Shown here piece after piece: positions 61,318-64,000 of a DNA stretch of 64,000 bases (position 1 is its first letter; each line of letters begins with the position of its first letter). The stretch comes from an uncultured Planctomycetaceae bacterium. GTDB lineage: Bacteria; Planctomycetota; Planctomycetia; Isosphaerales; Isosphaeraceae. Both the position numbers and the translations under genes were made by a program. The DNA is taken from the NCBI GenBank assembly GCA_963833985.1, contig CAWIAD010000001.1:1760001-1824000 (forward strand), written 5' to 3'. A model generated the notes under the pieces. It worked only from the letters and a program-made list of their open reading frames with translations, did not search any database and was not told the DNA's origin.

Positions 61318-62451
61318 ATGTCTCGCCTGGCAATCGCCTCCGGACTTGTCTTCTGGATTCTCTGGGCCACGACGAACGTGCACGCCCAGACCGGGCAAGA
61401 CATCCGCGAGCTCAAGCTGCGCGACTGGCAGCCGCGTTCGATGCTCGTCACGAAGACGACGCAGGTGCCGAAGGCGAAGTTTCCCGTCATCGACATTCAC
61501 AACCACCTGGGCGGAGGGAAGGCCTGGCTGACTCCGGAGCGGGTGAACCATTACCTTGCCGAGATGGACGCGACCGGAGTGCAGACGGTCGTGAACCTCG
61601 ACGGCGGCTGGGATGAGCGGCTGGCCGAGACGCTGGACGCACTGGACAACGCCCATCCGGGACGGTTCCTGACCTACGCCCTGATCAACTTCCAGGGCAT
61701 CGAGGAACCCGGCTGGACCGACCGCGAGCTGAAGCGGCTGGAGGCCGGGTTCCGTGCGGGCGCCAAGGGATTGAAGATCCACAAGACGCTCGGGCTGGGC
61801 CACCGCTACAAGGATGGCCACCTGGTCTCGGTCGATGACCCCAAGATCGACCCGCTCTGGGAAATCTGCGGCAAGTACAAGCGGCCCGTGGTGATCCACA
61901 CCGGCGACCCGGGTGCGTTCTTCACGCCCCTCGATCAGAACAACGAGCGCTGGCACGAGCTGAATGAACATCCGAACTGGCTCTTCCACGGCAAGGACTT
62001 CCCTCCCCGCGCCGAGCTGCATGCCCAGCGCCTGCGGGTGATTGCCCGCCATCCCCGCACCACCTTCCTCTGCGCCCACATGGCCAACGACGGCGAGGAC
62101 CTGGCGGCCGTGGGCCAGTGGCTCGACCGCTACCCGAACATGTACGTTGATGTGGACGCGCGCATCTCCGAGCTGGGCCGGCAGCCGTACGCGGCGCGGC
62201 GGTTCCTGATCAAGCACCAGGACCGCGTTCTCTTCGGCACCGACACGCCGCCTTCCCGCGAGGCCTACCGCATGTACTTCCGCTTCCTGGAGACCGATGA
62301 CGAATACTTCGACCCGGCCGGCGGCCATCATCGCCAGGGCTTCTGGATGATCTACGGCGTGTTCCTGCCCGACGACGTTCTGGCCAGGATCTACAACGGC
62401 AATGCCCGCAAGCTGCTCTTCGGACTTGCCGATCCTCAGGCTCCTCATTAA
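61318..62451 (+). CDS. Amidohydrolase family 2 protein, secreted
   Basis: IDIHNH, GLKIHK, IHTGDP, CAH, RVLFGTD, IYNGNA; signal peptide. Confidence 0.88.
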   Translation: MSRLAIASGLVFWILWATTNVHAQTGQDIRELKLRDWQPRSMLVTKTTQVPKAKFPVIDIHNHLGGGKAWLTPERVNHYLAEMDATGVQTVVNLDGGWDERLAETLDALDNAHPGRFLTYALINFQGIEEPGWTDRELKRLEAGFRAGAKGLKIHKTLGLGHRYKDGHLVSVDDPKIDPLWEICGKYKRPVVIHTGDPGAFFTPLDQNNERWHELNEHPNWLFHGKDFPPRAELHAQRLRVIARHPRTTFLCAHMANDGEDLAAVGQWLDRYPNMYVDVDARISELGRQPYAARRFLIKHQDRVLFGTDTPPSREAYRMYFRFLETDDEYFDPAGGHHRQGFWMIYGVFLPDDVLARIYNGNARKLLFGLADPQAPH

Positions 62452-62466
62452 CCCGGAGGCACTGCC

Positions 62467-63309
62467 ATGCGCGCGGGGCCGCTCACTCCCCTGCAACTGG
62501 ACCGTTACCAGCAGGCGGGTCACCTGGTCGTGCCCGCCATGTTCGATGCCGAGGAGATTGGCCTCCTGCTGCGGTCGGCCCGGGAGGATCGGGCACTCGA
62601 CCAGCATGCCTTCGCCAAGGACGACGGCGAGGGGGGCCGGGTCCGGCTCTCGCTCTGGAACCATCCCGGCGACGGCATTTACGGCATGTTCGCGCGCTGC
62701 CGGCGGATCGTGGATTCCTGCGAGCAGATCCTCGACGACGAGGTCTACCATTATCATTCCAAGATGATCATGAAAGATGCCAGGGTGGGCGGGGCCTGGA
62801 CGTGGCACCAGGACTATGGCTACTGGTACCAGAACGGCGTGCTCTTTCCCAACCTGGTGAGCGCATTCATCGCCGTCGATCCGAGCACGCGCCAGAACGG
62901 CTGCCTCCAGGTGATTGAGGGCTCGCACCGGATGGGCCGCATCGACCACGTGCTCAGCGGCGAGCAAGCCGGCGCGGACCGGCAGCGGGTGGAGGAAATC
63001 CTCCAGCGTTTACCTTTGGTGCACGTGGAGATGGAGCCCGGCGATGTGCTCTTTTTCCATCCGAACCTGCTGCACCGCTCCGACCGCAACACGTCGGACC
63101 GCCCGCGCTGGAGCATGATCTGCTGCTACAACGCTCGCCACAACGACCCGTACAAGGAAGCCCACCACCCGCGCTACACGCCGCTCTCCAAGGTGGACGA
63201 TGCGATGATCCGCGCCGTCGGCATCAAGCGATTCGGCGACGACGCCAGCGACGTGGCCTGGCTCAATCCCGAAGTCGACGTCAGCGCCCGCTCGCTGGGG
63301 AAGACGTAA
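62467..63309 (+). CDS. PhyH-family Fe(II)/2-oxoglutarate dioxygenase
   Basis: WHQD, NGCLQVIEGSH, PGDVLFFH..LLHRS.N.S...R. Confidence 0.9.
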   Translation: MRAGPLTPLQLDRYQQAGHLVVPAMFDAEEIGLLLRSAREDRALDQHAFAKDDGEGGRVRLSLWNHPGDGIYGMFARCRRIVDSCEQILDDEVYHYHSKMIMKDARVGGAWTWHQDYGYWYQNGVLFPNLVSAFIAVDPSTRQNGCLQVIEGSHRMGRIDHVLSGEQAGADRQRVEEILQRLPLVHVEMEPGDVLFFHPNLLHRSDRNTSDRPRWSMICCYNARHNDPYKEAHHPRYTPLSKVDDAMIRAVGIKRFGDDASDVAWLNPEVDVSARSLGKT

Positions 63310-63596
63310 CGAAGATCCAAAGATTTACGATGGCCGGCGTGATTTTACAGTTGTGACGAATCAACGTCTGACTTGTTCGACTTGAAAGAGATGCTTTCGG
63401 GCTTCGAACCGCCCGAGATGAAAGTCCGCGGGGTTTCTCGATTAACGACGGGGTGTGCAAACCGGCACGGACGAAACTCTGACACGAAGATTCCGAGACA
63501 ACCATGGCATCTCGCTCGAAGTCCGGCTCGTCCGAGCCCGCACGCGGGGGTAAGCAACCATATCCTCGCTCCGGTTCTCAAGAGACTTCCGCTTTC

Positions 63597-64000
63597 TCAC
63601 AGTCGGAATACCCGACACCGGACACCCCAGATTACGTCATCTGCGAACTGGACTACGGAAGCCCGGTTGCGGTGCTGCCGGGAGCGGACGCGTTCGAGGG
63701 GCCGGAGTTCGTCGCCGATGTCCACGGCGCTCTGAATCAGGTGCTCGAGCAGTTTTCGATAACCCGGGTCGCCCCGCTCTTCGAGACCGGTTTGAAGAAG
63801 CGGGATTTCGCAGTCCGAGTCGAGCTCGCGTCCCAGGCGTACAGTCCTCGGACGCCCGCGGCGCAGGCGCTCTTGCGTCCCCGGCACGGGGCTTCACCGC
63901 GCCATCGCGCGAATTCAAACTGGCGGGATTCGTACAGATCGTGCCGGAAGACCCGGGGTCGTGCCAAAAGCTCGTCGAACAGCTGCTTCGAAATCCCGGA
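63597..64000 (-). other. Possible 3' part of a gene entering from the right edge (frameshifted)
   Basis: Open frame at the edge (SGISKQLFDELLARPRVF...) and a second protein-like frame 63597-63887; no recognisable motif. Confidence 0.3.

Noticed and set aside
63385..63450. GGTTCGAAGCC T-arm-like motif on the minus strand
   Set aside because: No acceptor stem, D-arm or anticodon arm could be built around it.
63453..63485. GCAAACC...GGACGAAA resembling a c-di-GMP-I riboswitch
   Set aside because: It lacks the GNRA-capped P2 stem and the receptor stem, and no downstream gene is evident.

Overview
GC-rich DNA that is very probably from a planctomycete (Isosphaeraceae-like). This is inferred from the LEPR-XLL-type 'LEDRxLL' secreted proteins, a TIGR03067-type protein, a DUF1573-type protein, an ECF sigma factor with a WD40 extension and a planctomycete-style Ser/Thr kinase. 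The first ~9.5 kb is a decaying accessory array. It has a collapsed kinase gene and four degenerate kinase 3'-end remnants, each followed by a small two-gene toxin-antitoxin-like cassette. The first cassette is split by three IS elements (IS21, IS630, IS701) with exactly recoverable ends. From 9.5 to 48 kb lie mostly ordinary metabolic, transport and secreted-protein genes (pcm, M24 peptidase, GH51, CoA-disulfide reductase, HtrA, trpD, STAS pair, MFS, osmoprotectant ABC transporter, esterases), plus two REP-like repeat families, one hit by an IS4 element with a 20-bp target duplication. From 48.7 to 61.2 kb, a giant secreted beta-propeller/Ig protein with a self-nested domain lies divergent from an operon of ECF-WD40 sigma factor plus two tandem secreted paralogues ending in atypical Hint (intein-like) domains; this is the best candidate for an undescribed system. 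About 15 single-base frameshifts in otherwise intact genes suggest long-read indel errors. No rRNA, tRNA or CRISPR array was seen. All family calls come from motif recognition by eye; no database search was run.
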